Assembly (NCBI GenBank): GCA_964016885.1
Contig: OZ024741.1
Span: 205,530,001-205,594,000, forward strand
Source of the DNA: Eledone cirrhosa
Taxonomy: Eukaryota
DNA: 64,000 nt
Reading direction: 5' to 3'
Shown: piece after piece, positions 13,827 to 26,513 of the stretch
Numbering within the stretch: the stretch's first letter is position 1
Layout of the letters: the number at the start of each line of letters is the position of its first letter
The notes under the pieces: model-generated
What the model was told of the DNA's origin: nothing
Seen by the model: only the letters and a program-made list of their open reading frames with translations
The model's database searches: none
Translations under genes and position numbers: made by a program

Positions 13827-14155
13827 GTATATATATATGTGTGTATATATATGTGTGTGTGTATATATATATATAATGTGTGTGTTTTTCTTTATATATT
13901 TGTTTACAATCTACTGTCTCTCACTACATCATTATAAGTCAGAACTATGAGAAAACAAGCCCTATACTATTACATCGTTTGAACGTCTAACTAGGAAGAA
14001 CCGAATTATAATATCTAATATATATTTATATATAGTTATTTAAAAAGTCTACTTTTGTCCTCGCCATACACAGAGCCCTTGCTACATTTAACTAATATCA
14101 ATCGATGTCCAGTTTTTAGTAATCTTTCAATATACATACATATATATATATATAT

Positions 14156-14314
14156 GGCATACGTCAAGACGGGCACACATATATATTAAGAAATCCATAC
14201 AATTGCGTGTGTATCGTAAATTACACTATTGAGACCTGTTGTAAAAAAAAAAAAAAAAAAATTCACAGTGTCAAAAATTACTTTCACTTTCCAGACCGCC
14301 CGTCTTGACGTATG

Positions 14315-14316
<2 letters not shown>
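14156..14316 (-). mobile_element. Second, inverted copy of the same MITE
   Basis: Near-perfect reverse complement of 13622-13784. Confidence 0.8.
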
Positions 14317-14400
<84 letters not shown>

Positions 14401-14489
14401 TATAATTAGTAAAATAAATACACATTTTTTCCCGCTAAAATTTGATTGCATTGTTTTGTTTTCACTTATGTATGTTATAAAAAATTTTA

Positions 14490-14616
14490 TTTTATCGATC
14501 CCGTAAGGATGAAAGGCAAAGTTAACCTCGGCGGGATTTGAACTCAGACCATAAAGGGCCGTAACTCTTTGCTGCAAAGCATGGCCTCCGACTCTCTACC
14601 GATTCTGCCAATCCAC
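14490..14616 (-). mobile_element. Partial tRNA-derived SINE (first family)
   Basis: Reverse complement of the SINE 5' half. Confidence 0.8.
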
Positions 14617-14884
14617 CATTATAATACAAGAAAACTATATTGAATGTTAGGCAGTGAGTGAATTTCATGGGTAGGCTGGTGTGGGCGATAATTAAATATA
14701 TAATTAATGGGTGGTAAATAAGTGAAAGAGATTGAAATGCAATTACAGAATGATAATGATTAATACCTTATTGAAGCTATTGGAACGGGGATCCTACTGA
14801 GACATGTGGTACCACATACGAGTTATAAGATAACCTGAAGATTAAGGTGTATACAGATTATATCTTAAGTATATAGTATAATGT

Positions 14885-15160
14885 GGAGGCACGTGGCCTA
14901 GTGATAAGGGTGTTGGACTTACGATCATAATGTCGTGGGTTCGATTCGTTGGTTGCGTGTTGTATTCTTGCGCAAAACACTTCATTTCACGTTGCTGCAG
15001 AATATTCGGTTGAAAATGAGTACCAGCAATACCTGGAGGTTTAACCCTGCGATGGACTGGCGTCCCCTCCAGGAGGGGTCTTCTACTCTCAGTCGCTTCA
15101 CGCCATGAAACCGGGATAAGCATCGGCTAAATGAGCCTTCTGGCTTAAGACAGACTTTAG
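14885..15160 (+). mobile_element. tRNA-derived SINE, second family, longer copy
   Basis: GTGGCCTAGTG A-box, GGGTTCGATTC B-box, CORE-like segment, then CCCTGCGATGGACTGGCGTCCC.TCCAGG conserved SINE-domain-like motif. Confidence 0.7.
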
Positions 15161-15405
15161 ACTTAAATATAGTATAATAATAGCCCAATTCAATGAAATA
15201 AATAAAATAAGATAAAAAAAATAAAGATGATATCAAGTAACGTAAGGTGCAACTTTCAATATAAATACCTGAAAAACACTAAATTATAAAGGTAAAAGTA
15301 TAAAGGCAAAAAGATAAAAACGCAGTCAGTACAAGATATAGAAGGTCAAGAAGAAACACACACTGTACACACACACACTGTACACACACACTGTACACAC
15401 ACACT

Positions 15406-15535
<130 letters not shown>

Positions 15536-15626
15536 GTATGTAAAAGGTACACAGAAATAACAACACAATCGGTACAGTATATGGAAGGAATATATTAGGT
15601 TAACGCTTGAAATAGTAGGAAGAGGG

Positions 15627-15662
15627 TCTTAACGTTTCGGACGCTAGTCTTTCATCAGAAGA
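15627..15662 (-). ncRNA. Minimal type I hammerhead ribozyme motif
   Basis: Minus strand: ucuu CUGAUGA a agac-uagc-gucc GAAA cg UU aaga; stem I ucuu/aaga, palindromic minimal stem III. Confidence 0.6.
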
Positions 15663-15889
15663 AAGAATGAAAAATAAGATAGATTGAAGGGACGGGTGGG
15701 TTGGAATTTAGATTAAAAAAAAACAGGTCCATTCATGTTGACATCTCTTGGAAATATATATATAACATGGTAAAAGACCGGTACAAGTTCGGTATACAGT
15801 TAGTTCCACAACAAATTAACAAACCATATTCGATAGCTTATAAGATAATGCGAAGACCCTTAAAAGATAGGAAAAGTATTTGCCAACGA

Positions 15890-15960
15890 CCGCCATGAGG
15901 AATCGAACTTCATATCTTCCAGATACCGGCTAGACGCTTTAACCTTTAAGCTAAGGAACG
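15890..15960 (-). pseudogene. tRNA-like sequence (pseudo-tRNA or SINE head)
   Basis: Minus strand TAGCTTAAAGGTTAAAGCG (D-arm-like) and GAAGTTCGATTCCTC (T-arm-like); acceptor stem pairs poorly. Confidence 0.5.
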
Positions 15961-16094
15961 AATGATAAACCTCTTCCCGTGGTTTTAACTATATATAACT
16001 TGACAACTTTCAGATGTCAACAGGCAGACAGAGAAACTGACAGATAGACATCCATATGCAAACAAACAATGTGCGAGTTGATATATATAAAAAC

Positions 16095-16283
16095 AAATAA
16101 TTGTTTCTACTTTAGGCACAAGGCCAGCAATTACCCAGTGCATTACTGGTACTTTATTTTATCGACCCCGTAAGGATGAAAGGCAAAGTCAACCTCGGTG
16201 GGATTTGAACTCAGATCGTAAACGGACGTAACTATGCGTCAAAGCATGGCATCCGACCCCCTACCGATACTGCCAATCCACCG
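16095..16283 (-). mobile_element. tRNA-derived SINE (first family)
   Basis: Reverse complement of the ~190-bp unit. Confidence 0.85.
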
Positions 16284-17537
16284 CCCTATATAAAAACAAA
16301 TAATAGAAAGGAAAAAGAAAAATAGAATAAAGTCAAAACTGACTTTCTTCTCTACAGGAACATGCATGTGAAAATTAATTTTTCTTCCTCTCTCTATATT
16401 TTCTTTGTTATTATCATTATTTTCACAATTTGTACAAATATGCAACTTAACAATATTCTGCATATCCGCAATTGACAATGCATTTAATGCTGAGACCGGT
16501 ATTGTAAATAAATTAATGTTATGAAATTTCACTAAAAAAATCTCTTCAACATTATCTACTGAAAAAATCTTTTTCCTTTCTACTATTTGTTTATATATAT
16601 ATATATATATTTTGAGTGTGCTCAAAAGGGCCACCCCTTATCAAAATAACAGATATGAGTGTAGATTATGTTCTCATGAACTTTTTGAAATAATGAAATC
16701 TAAGGATATCCTATTAAATAAGCGACAAGAATTAATTATATCATGTAATCATAGAATTAGAAGAACTTTCAAATATTATAAACCTAATTAATATACACCT
16801 TACACTTATACTTTACAAATTATTATAATTATTATTATTATTATTTTTTTTTTTAAATTTAGTTAACCTATAATTAGTATTTTACTACTGAGAACTTCAT
16901 AATTTTATTTCCCTTTTACAGCTCTCTTTTCCTAAAATTAATACCTATAAGTATACATATAAACTATTTTAATTTCCTGTTATGAATCTAAATTCCTTGT
17001 AGTCTATATAAGTTTGTTATTTCTCACTAATACATTTATCCCCAACATTTTTTTCCTTCGTTTTTAACAACATTCTTTAATAACATCTAACTCTTATTTA
17101 TCACATCTATATGAATAAATATAAATTTATCCCTATAAGTATACCTATCAATTAAATTAATTTAATTTCTTGTTATAGATCTAAATTCCTTATGTTTTAA
17201 ATAAGATTGGTATTTCTCACAAACACATTTACCCTAAAATTTTATTCTCCTTCGATTTTAACATTAGCATTCTTCTTTAATAACATCAAATTTTCGTGTA
17301 CCTGTAACCAGCTTGACCTCTTTTCATCCCCAAAATAATCTTTTCATTCAAAGTATTCTTTCCATTCAAAACTTAAGTCTGCATTCCTCTACCCCTAAAT
17401 TAAATTTCTACTACTACTATTCTATCAACTTGACCACTTACTACTTTTCTATTGGTCAATTCAAAACCTGTTCCCAAACAGACCTATTATATTAAATCTT
17501 TGTTGGTGTTTTTCAATAAACAAATATTATTATTTCT

Positions 17538-18315
17538 GTGGATTGGCAGTATCGGTAGAGGGTCAGACGCCATGCTTTCCAACATAGTTACGTCCCTTTA
17601 CGATCTGCGTTCAAATCACGCCGAGGTTGACTTTGCCTTTCATCCTTACGGGGTCGATAAAATAAAGTACCAGTAATGCACTGGGTAATTGCTGGCCTTG
17701 TGCCTAAAGTAGAAACAATTATTTCTGATTGGCAGTATCGGTAGAGGGTCGGACGCCATGCTTTGACGTTTAGAGTTACGGCCCTTGCCATTCTGAGTTC
17801 AAATCCCGCCGAGGTTAACTTTGCCTTTCATCCTTATGGGGTTGATAAAATAAAGTACCAGTAATACACTGGGTATTTGTTGGCCTTGTGCCAAAAGTAG
17901 AAACAATTATTTCTGAAGGGCGGTGGATTGGCAGTATCGGTAGAGGGTCGGACGCCATGCTTTCCAGCATAGTTACGTCCCTTTACGATCTGAGTTCAAA
18001 TCCCGCCGAGGTTGACTTTGCTTTTCATCCTTACGGGGTCGATAAAATAAAGTACCAGTAATGCACTGGGTAATTGCTGGCCTTGTGCCTAAAGTAGAAA
18101 CAATTATTTCTGGAGACAGTGTGTGGTGGATTGGCAGTATCGGTAGAGGGTTGGACGCTATGCTTTGACGCACAGAGTTACGGCCCTTGCCATTCTGAGT
18201 TCGAATCCCGCCGAGGTTAACTTTCCCTTTTATCCTTACGGGGTCGATAAAATAAAGTACCAGTAATGCACTGGGTATGTGCTGGCCTTGTGCCTAAAGT
18301 AGAAACAATTATTTC
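17538..18315 (+). mobile_element. Four head-to-tail tRNA-derived SINE copies
   Basis: Units start near 17538, 17727, 17923 and 18127, each ending GTAGAAACAATTATTTCTG. Confidence 0.88.
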
Positions 18316-18620
18316 TGAAGACAGCATATATATGTGTAGGTATGTATATTTCCTCTGATAGTTTGTAAAATATTTACATAGATCTATATGATATACATAC
18401 CAACACACACATATATATCCTAGAAACGATCGTAAAATGACGAATTTTTTAATATAAGGAACTGTTTCTTTGTTTTTATTCATTGTTTTTATTAATTTAT
18501 CTTGACTCTGTTTTCCTGTGATTTTCATCGAAAAATTTTTTTGAATACATCTTCTCTTTTCATGATATTTGAATTACATTGAGTTCTTCATACGGATTGG
18601 ACACTACCGTATATTTTGGT

Positions 18621-18764
<144 letters not shown>

Positions 18765-18855
18765 GTTTAAAGAAAGTACTCAAGTGCAGAAATGCTATAA
18801 AGATAAGTTAGGGTGAAGACCCTTCAAAGACGGTAAAAGAATTTGCCAACGACCG

Positions 18856-18911
<56 letters not shown>

Positions 18912-18974
18912 CATATACGCTGTAATGTGGCCGTGTAGGTAACACGGTAAAAAGTTCCCACTTTCACACTGTAA

Positions 18975-19150
18975 ATGTGATTGGTGTTAGGAAGGGCATC
19001 CAGCCGTAGAAAACCTGCCAGATAGTCCTATATGAGCGAGACACGGTCACCTGACCAACCTTGCCTCAAGTGGGACAACTCCCGTCTAACCCATGCTAGC
19101 ATGGAAAGTGGACGTTAAACGAGGATGATGATGATGATGATGATGATGAT
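18975..19150 (+). mobile_element. 3' part of a SINE/LINE with (GAT)n tail
   Basis: AGGAAGGGCATCCAGCCGTAGAAAA ... CCATGCTAGCATGG hairpin ... GGACGTTAAACG + (GAT)n. Confidence 0.55.
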
Positions 19151-19380
19151 ATTCCCATCACTTCAGAAGCCGAAAATTCGGCTTCGTACATTATATATAT
19201 GTATGTATATATAATGATAACAATGGGTATAAACAAATATATATATATACCATAACAGAAGTCCGACGAGCTTTTGATTCCAGAGTCAGATCGAACCTTG
19301 AACTGATCAATCGCGAAACGTGCGCCACACCTCAATAAACGTAATAAAGATCTAACACTTCGTCCTTTTTATTATTATTA

Positions 19381-21055
19381 ACTAGGATGCGGAAGATCCG
19401 AGTCGGCTTACGCTGACGACGTCACCGTGGTGGTGTCGAGCACCAGATACGTCCAGATGCTCGGCACCGCTCTCAAGGAATACGAAGCGGTGACAGGAGC
19501 AAAGATAAACCAGGAAAAGTCGGTAGGCTTGCAGCTAGGCACCTGGAGAGACAAGTCCATGCCGTCCAACAGCGTCGTGGGACGTTGGACGGACGGACCG
19601 GTTAAATTGCTCGGGGTCTGGTTCGGACCAGACCTCCAGATGGAGAAAAACTGGAACGAGGTGACGAGCAGGGTGGCCTCCCTCACCCAGAAATGGGCTG
19701 AGAGGAAGCTGTCCCTGAAAGGCCGGGCGGAAGTGGCGAATGCGTACATCGCATCCGTCATCTGCTACCGCCTTACCGTCGTCCCTTGCTCCAGCCCAAC
19801 TCTCACCAAAATGGAGCGCCTCCTCTTCCGCTTTTTGTGGAAGGGACGCGCTCCCATGGTCAGACGATCCATCTGCTGTCAACACCCGTTGCGTGGAGGA
19901 CTGTGCACGCCATGGCTGATGATGCGCAAAACATGCGCTGAGGCTGTGACATCTCTGGTGCTTCCTTGATGGTGAACGGGTGTGGTCGCCCTTCGCCAGG
20001 CACATTTTCCCACAGCTCGTCTCCTTGACGGAGCTGCAGTCGTGGGTCAGAAAAAGACCGAGGGATAGCGCTTGGAAACTGGAATGTCTCCAGGCGCTCA
20101 CTGCCCTCTCCCAGTTGGGCACCAGTATCGGTGGAACATCCACCTCGGCGTTCTATAGAGGACTAGTGGAGGGGAAGAGCGACGACATTCTCGGAGAGAT
20201 CCTGGGCGTCGAAGAAGATCAGCTGTTTGCTCTCTTCCGGAGAACTTTCAGCCCGGGGCCTATGGATAACTTCCAAAAATCTCTGGCCTGGGGAGCGCTG
20301 TCGGTTCGAGATAAGCTCTACAGGCACGGAAGTGCCGTCAGCCGAGCCTGTCCGAGATGCGCGCATAGCGACGAAACCGTCGTGCACGCACTCGTTCAGT
20401 GCCCGAGCATTGCTGACTTGTGGAGCTATGTCGAACAGTTGCTGTCGCGTGTAGGACTGATCCGGTTGTCGACTGAGTCCATTGTGCAGATGGTCTCGCC
20501 GTCTTCCTTTGAGGAGGAAGGGCAGACGGTTTTCATCTGCCTGGTGGCCATGGCGAAAGATATTGTGTGGTGGACAAGGTTAAAAGGATTGAAGACAGAC
20601 ACTTTCCTCTTCGGCGAATCCCTAATTAACTTTTTCAAGTTTCACTTGAAGAGGAAAATCAGGGTGGAGAGGCAAGTGCTGCTTTCTAGCAAGTTTGTTG
20701 AAAGGTGGGTGAATGTAGCGAGAATGGTCCGAGTGAACGGGACCACTCTGAATATACGTCTGTAGTTTGAGAGATGGAAAAATTGAGAGAGAGCGCTTGC
20801 CATGGTGGTCAGGGTGGCCGTGGTCTTTTGTGTGGTTTTCGCCACGAGTAACCCTCGGAGGTTTCCCCCCTATTGGGGAATTTTTCATTGTTTCAATTTT
20901 CATTTTATTGTTTATATATATATATGTTTTATGTCTTTTTTCTTTTCTTATATAAATAATAAAAATATTTACACGCACAAAACCCACATCGTACCGTCCT
21001 GTTCCGTCTGTGATGTTTTTCTTGATGTCAGCCCTTGTGGCCAATAAAGAAATCA
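19381..21055 (+). mobile_element. 5'-truncated Tx1/L1-type LINE
   Basis: Starts just before YADD; ORFs 19427..19969 and 19980..20765 (C-terminal CPRC...HALVQC knuckle); 3' UTR ending AATAAAGAAATC+(ATT)n. Confidence 0.9.
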
Positions 21056-21077
21056 TTATTATTATTATTATTATTAC

Positions 21078-22078
21078 AGTTGCATTTATCTTGCTTTATG
21101 TTCATACGAGTTATCACCAAGTCACAACCAGTGACCTCAAGAGACAACAAGGTCCGCCATGTTCAAGAAAGAACATACATACTCACACATGCATCTTTAG
21201 TGTTTAGACTTGTGATGTACTTATATTGACAGAATCTTCCTTAGTATATGGGCAGTTCCCATTAGTACTATCTTTTGTATTTCTCCTATACGCGGGTTTC
21301 CTGGGATTTGCGATAATTAGTCGTTAGACCCCTTAGGTATCATTCCCAGAGCGCCTACAACCACTGGTATTGTTTTAGTTCTCAATTTCCACATTTTTCC
21401 AATTTCTATCTCCAGGTCCTTATACTTGCTCAATTTTTCAAATGTTTTTATAGATACATTCTTGTCTATTGGAACAGACATATCAATTAGCAGGCATACC
21501 CTCTTTTTAAAGTCCTTCAATATTATATCAGGTCTATTTGCATCTATTTTTCGGTCTGTTTGGATGCTAAAGTTCCACAAGATTGAGATGTGATCTTTTT
21601 CAAGTATGGGAGGTGGTTGATGCTCCCACCAATTCTTTTGATGGGGCAGGTCAAAATGCTTACACATTATCCAATGTATGTATTGTGCAGCTCTGTCATG
21701 CCTGTTTAGGTATTCGGTTGGAGCTATAGGACTGCACATTGAAATTATATGGTCAATGGTCTCTGGTTGTTTTTTGCATACACGGCATAATGGGCTGCAT
21801 CCATTTTTTATTATGTTGGCTTGGTAATTTTTTGTTGGCAGACACTGATCTTGTGCTGATATAATCAGTCCTTCAGTCTCCGATTTCAGTCCAGAGGATG
21901 CCAACCACTGATGGGTTAAAGTTTTGTCAACATCAGGATTGTTAGCTCGCTCTGGGTATTTTCCATACAGAGGCTTTTCTTGCCATTTCTTAGCCAGTTT
22001 CTGTAGCAGTTCTTTCTTTGCAGTTACTTTTACCTGCTTTGCTTTTTCTGTGTTTTCCATTTCAGCAGTAAATGGGAC

Positions 22079-22080
<2 letters not shown>
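21078..22080 (-). mobile_element. 5'-truncated R4/Dong-like RLE retrotransposon (second family)
   Basis: ORF 21317..22060: SETEGLIISAQDQ, CRVC...ETIDHIISMC, RHD, NRPDI..D...LIDMSVP, K..KY; flanked by (ATT)n on both sides. Confidence 0.9.
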
Positions 22081-22132
<52 letters not shown>

Positions 22133-22688
22133 GTATATATATATAATAATAAGTTGACGGGACTAGCATAAGTTTCCCTGTTAGAACCGGCTGCCTCTCA
22201 GTGTACTCAATAGGCAAGGTTATGTAAAAATCCCAGAATAGACACAAAATTAAATATTTCAATACAACACACGTAAATGGGTACCATAACTTATACCCGT
22301 ACTCGAGTTTCGGCCACACTTAAAGCAGTAAGGGAGCGCACATCTACTATCAACATTTATTATGCAATTATGCAACAATGCATAATCGGCGCATGTGGCT
22401 TCATCAGCAGGTCTCGCTTAATCAATAACCAATCGATCGACAGAATTCGATTCTTGTCCATGCCGCCTATGGCAGTGAATGCGACAGGCGACACAGTAGT
22501 ACATTAGTAGCTGAAATCCCAACGCGTCATCAAAATGCCGTCTACCGATTGGTTACTGATTCAGAAAGTTACGTGGTGGGAGTCGAAATTCTATTAATTC
22601 CGCCTCTCCATAAGGACTCTCCAACATATCTATATATGTTTTGTCAAGTAGCCACCATCGATTTCAATGTACGACACTACCAACTACC

Positions 22689-22836
<148 letters not shown>

Positions 22837-22837
22837 A

Positions 22838-22988
<151 letters not shown>

Positions 22989-23466
22989 ATATATATATAT
23001 ATGCTCATATATAGACGCACGTATACACACTCACCCACACACACATACACCCACATCCCCCACATATGTATATATATGCACATGTCTGCACATACAGGCG
23101 CGTATAAGCTCGTGCACCCACGCACCCATGCCCATACACACCCCACACCCCAACACCTACCCTTATTGAGTGGTTTGCTACTCATTCCTTATTGTAGGTC
23201 GGCTTTGCTTGGCCACAGCCAAGCTTCCACTTGTATATATATATATACATATATATCATCTTCTTCGCCCACTCGATATCAAATATACTATTATATCATC
23301 TATATCGCCAACCACCACTATTCCCTTAGACCCCAGCGCTCTCTAGACCTTCTCAACGCCCCCGGGGCGGTAGCTCCCACTTTGAGAAACGCTGTGCTGC
23401 TACTAAGTACAGTCGCTTCTGTGCACCAACACGCTTCTCCTTGTCATGAACAACATAAGATAATTA

Positions 23467-23527
23467 TTTCATTTACCAGTAGTTTCTTGAAAGCAAACGA
23501 TATTTGCTTTTATTCATCAGAATGAAA
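23467..23527 (-). ncRNA. Type I hammerhead ribozyme motif
   Basis: Minus strand: uuucauu CUGAUGA aua-aaagcaaa-uaucg-uuugcuuu-caa GAAA c-uacug-g UA aaugaaa; 7-bp stem I, GUA site; base of stem II mismatched. Confidence 0.6.
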
Positions 23528-23623
23528 AATCTTAAGTGTGTATATATATGTGTGTATAAATAGGTGTCTATATATGTATGTATGTGAATGTATGTGTGTA
23601 TGTATATATGCGTATGTATGAGC

Positions 23624-23677
<54 letters not shown>

Positions 23678-23762
23678 ATAATAATAAATTTGAAGACTAA
23701 AATCCAAAGAGGGCTCGATAAGGATAAATATATATCAAATATATAAGAACCGTAGAGCAAAT

Positions 23763-26025
23763 ATTTATTAAAATAACAAATTAAAGTTTAAGCAAAGAAT
23801 CGCTGCTTTCACCCTTAAAGGGATCTTCCGAAACTGACAAAGTCAATCTGTAAACGCAGAAGTGAATATTTGAAAAAACGTTGCAACCGGAGGAAGACAG
23901 GAAGACGATACTTTGGTTCGTGGAAACGTTCCCTTCACAAAACATACAGGTAATAAATACTTACCTATGCAAATAAGTAATGGTATAAACATAACATATA
24001 CTTAGCTACCACATCAAGACGTAAAATATCCGCGTATAGATCGTACTATCCGTTAGGGTATAATGTGGGGCTGTAATACAGGAAAGTTTTGTGCAATTTA
24101 TGTTTACAAGCCGAAATTGCCTCAGATTTTTTGTTTAAGATGTGGTCTGTGGCGTAGAGTATTTCCAGGGCCTCAGCGGCGCAGAGGTCACATGGTCTTT
24201 TATTTCCGTTATACGATCTAGCCCTAGCTAGGATCTCCCAGTGTAACTTATATTGGGTGTGGTTGTCTTTTAGACTCCAGATATAAGCTGAAAGTGACGT
24301 CATATTCCTTCTTAGAGGGTAACGAAAAGAATGGGTATGCATGTAAAGACGCTGCTTGAATCTATTGGTGGTTAACCCTATGTAGGCCCTACAGGACGTG
24401 GGTGTTTCAACCTTACATTTGTAGACAGTGTTACTAGAGAGGCATTTCCCGGATAGGGGGCAAACCCGATTCCTACAATTACAGTTAGTACTAACTACAG
24501 GGTTGCACGTGTTCCTACGGCTAGGTAGTTTAGCTAAATTTGAAGCTGTGATGTTATGTGCCAGGTTAGGAGTCGTAGAGTAAGAAATTTTAATAGTATT
24601 TTTATTAAAAATTTTACTATATTTATGTGTAGGGGGAAACTGCTTCGTAATAAGGGAAAGAAAGATCTTAGCTAATGGTGTGGCCACCTCCATATTATAT
24701 GGTGGATTATACCATATAATGCGTCGGGATCTATTTCTTCTAGGTCTATTCTCGTACTCTGTATATGCTACCTTATCGACAAATCCACTCCGAGCAAGAG
24801 CTTCATTGTAATATGTGGAATGGTCGTTGAAAATATGCTCGTTAGTAGATAGACAGGAAAGCCTCAACGAAACGTTTCTTACCAGGTTCTTGGTTATGCT
24901 GGCAGGATGGTTGGAATGCTTACTTATGTAATTAAGAGTATCATTTGGCTTTCTATACGGGTAATACAAACCATTCGATAAATTGAGGGTAACGTCGAGG
25001 TAATTAACGACCGAGAGGTTGGCCTCAACCTGTATAGAGAGGTTGAAGCCTTTAAAGAAGGCTGTGAGTTCTTTTCTGAACCTGTCGCAAGCACGAGGGC
25101 CGCACTTAGTCATGGTCAAAATACCATCATCACGGTACAAACCACCGCCCACGTTGGGGAATTCGTCCTTGATAGAGAAAATAAGGAAAAGGCCGATAAG
25201 ATCAGTAACCTCCGCAGAATCGCTGGCGCCCATACTCACGTCGAATGGGGTACTATTGGATTTTTTAATCCAAATAGAGTCATCGAAATTAATCACCGAC
25301 TTACGGGCATTGAGGATGACATCAACTTCGAAATCCTTAACCACTGTGAGTGTTTTAGCGAAATTGATAGCTCTAAGGAGAAGTGGTAAAGTGATGGAGG
25401 AGTAGTAATTATTGATGTCGAATTGGATAAAACGGCAATGTTCCTTGTTGCATATGCCGTTGAACCAATCAATCACCGCGAAAGAATTGTTCCACAGTGC
25501 AAGAGGGGCCACACTTCTAATTTCAGGTATAATTCTATCAAGAATCGTTTTACTAAGTCTACCTAAATCGGACTTCGTAGGGTTAATAAGCCGAATAGAG
25601 GGGTTGTTCGGAAAATTGGATTTGTGATCCTTCAGGGTAAAGTGGGGAGAAATAGGGTCCAGAGGTTCGGTCCGGTCCAGGATGTTGAGATCAGAGGTGA
25701 TTTTAAACCCAGCATCGTTGATTTCATTGATGACGCACCGATTAGTTTTACAGTAATCCTTAGTTACAGCATTATGTAGTAGTTGATGGTAAGTACTGCG
25801 TTCCACTTGATATAGTTGCCAGTTTTGTCGGAACGGACATGCACGGCATTAGAATCCTTAACGTTTCCACGAACCAAAGTATCGTCTTCCTGTCTTCCTC
25901 CGGTTGCAACGTTTTTTGAAATATTCACTTCTGCGTTTACAGATTGACTGTCAGTTTCAGAAGATCCCGTTAAGGGTGAAAGCAGCGATTCTTTGCTTAA
26001 ACTTTAATCTCTTATTTTAATAAAT
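23763..26025 (-). mobile_element. Penelope-like element with inverted pseudo-LTRs (probably Hydra-clade type)
   Basis: ~168-bp inverted repeats 23763-23930 and 25860-26025 enclose an RT-GIY-YIG ORF; set between (TA)n tracts. Confidence 0.88.
24046..25806 (-). CDS. PLE reverse transcriptase + C-terminal GIY-YIG endonuclease (586 aa, 5'-truncated, uninterrupted)
   Basis: FDINNYYSSI, DVSMGASDSAEV, GLYRDDG, NYLDVTLNL, SNHP, CNC...CPL.GKC, VYKC...YIGLT, CDLC..E, LNKKSE...CKH. Confidence 0.88.
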   Translation of the reverse strand: MERSTYHQLLHNAVTKDYCKTNRCVINEINDAGFKITSDLNILDRTEPLDPISPHFTLKDHKSNFPNNPSIRLINPTKSDLGRLSKTILDRIIPEIRSVAPLALWNNSFAVIDWFNGICNKEHCRFIQFDINNYYSSITLPLLLRAINFAKTLTVVKDFEVDVILNARKSVINFDDSIWIKKSNSTPFDVSMGASDSAEVTDLIGLFLIFSIKDEFPNVGGGLYRDDGILTMTKCGPRACDRFRKELTAFFKGFNLSIQVEANLSVVNYLDVTLNLSNGLYYPYRKPNDTLNYISKHSNHPASITKNLVRNVSLRLSCLSTNEHIFNDHSTYYNEALARSGFVDKVAYTEYENRPRRNRSRRIIWYNPPYNMEVATPLAKIFLSLITKQFPPTHKYSKIFNKNTIKISYSTTPNLAHNITASNLAKLPSRRNTCNPVVSTNCNCRNRVCPLSGKCLSSNTVYKCKVETPTSCRAYIGLTTNRFKQRLYMHTHSFRYPLRRNMTSLSAYIWSLKDNHTQYKLHWEILARARSYNGNKRPCDLCAAEALEILYATDHILNKKSEAISACKHKLHKTFLYYSPTLYPNG

Positions 26026-26027
26026 AA

Positions 26028-26508
<481 letters not shown>

Positions 26509-26513
<5 letters not shown>

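Noticed and set aside
19257-19332. CCGACGA...GCGAAACG hammerhead-like motif
   Set aside because: Lacks U16.1 and stem I pairing; at best a decayed relic.
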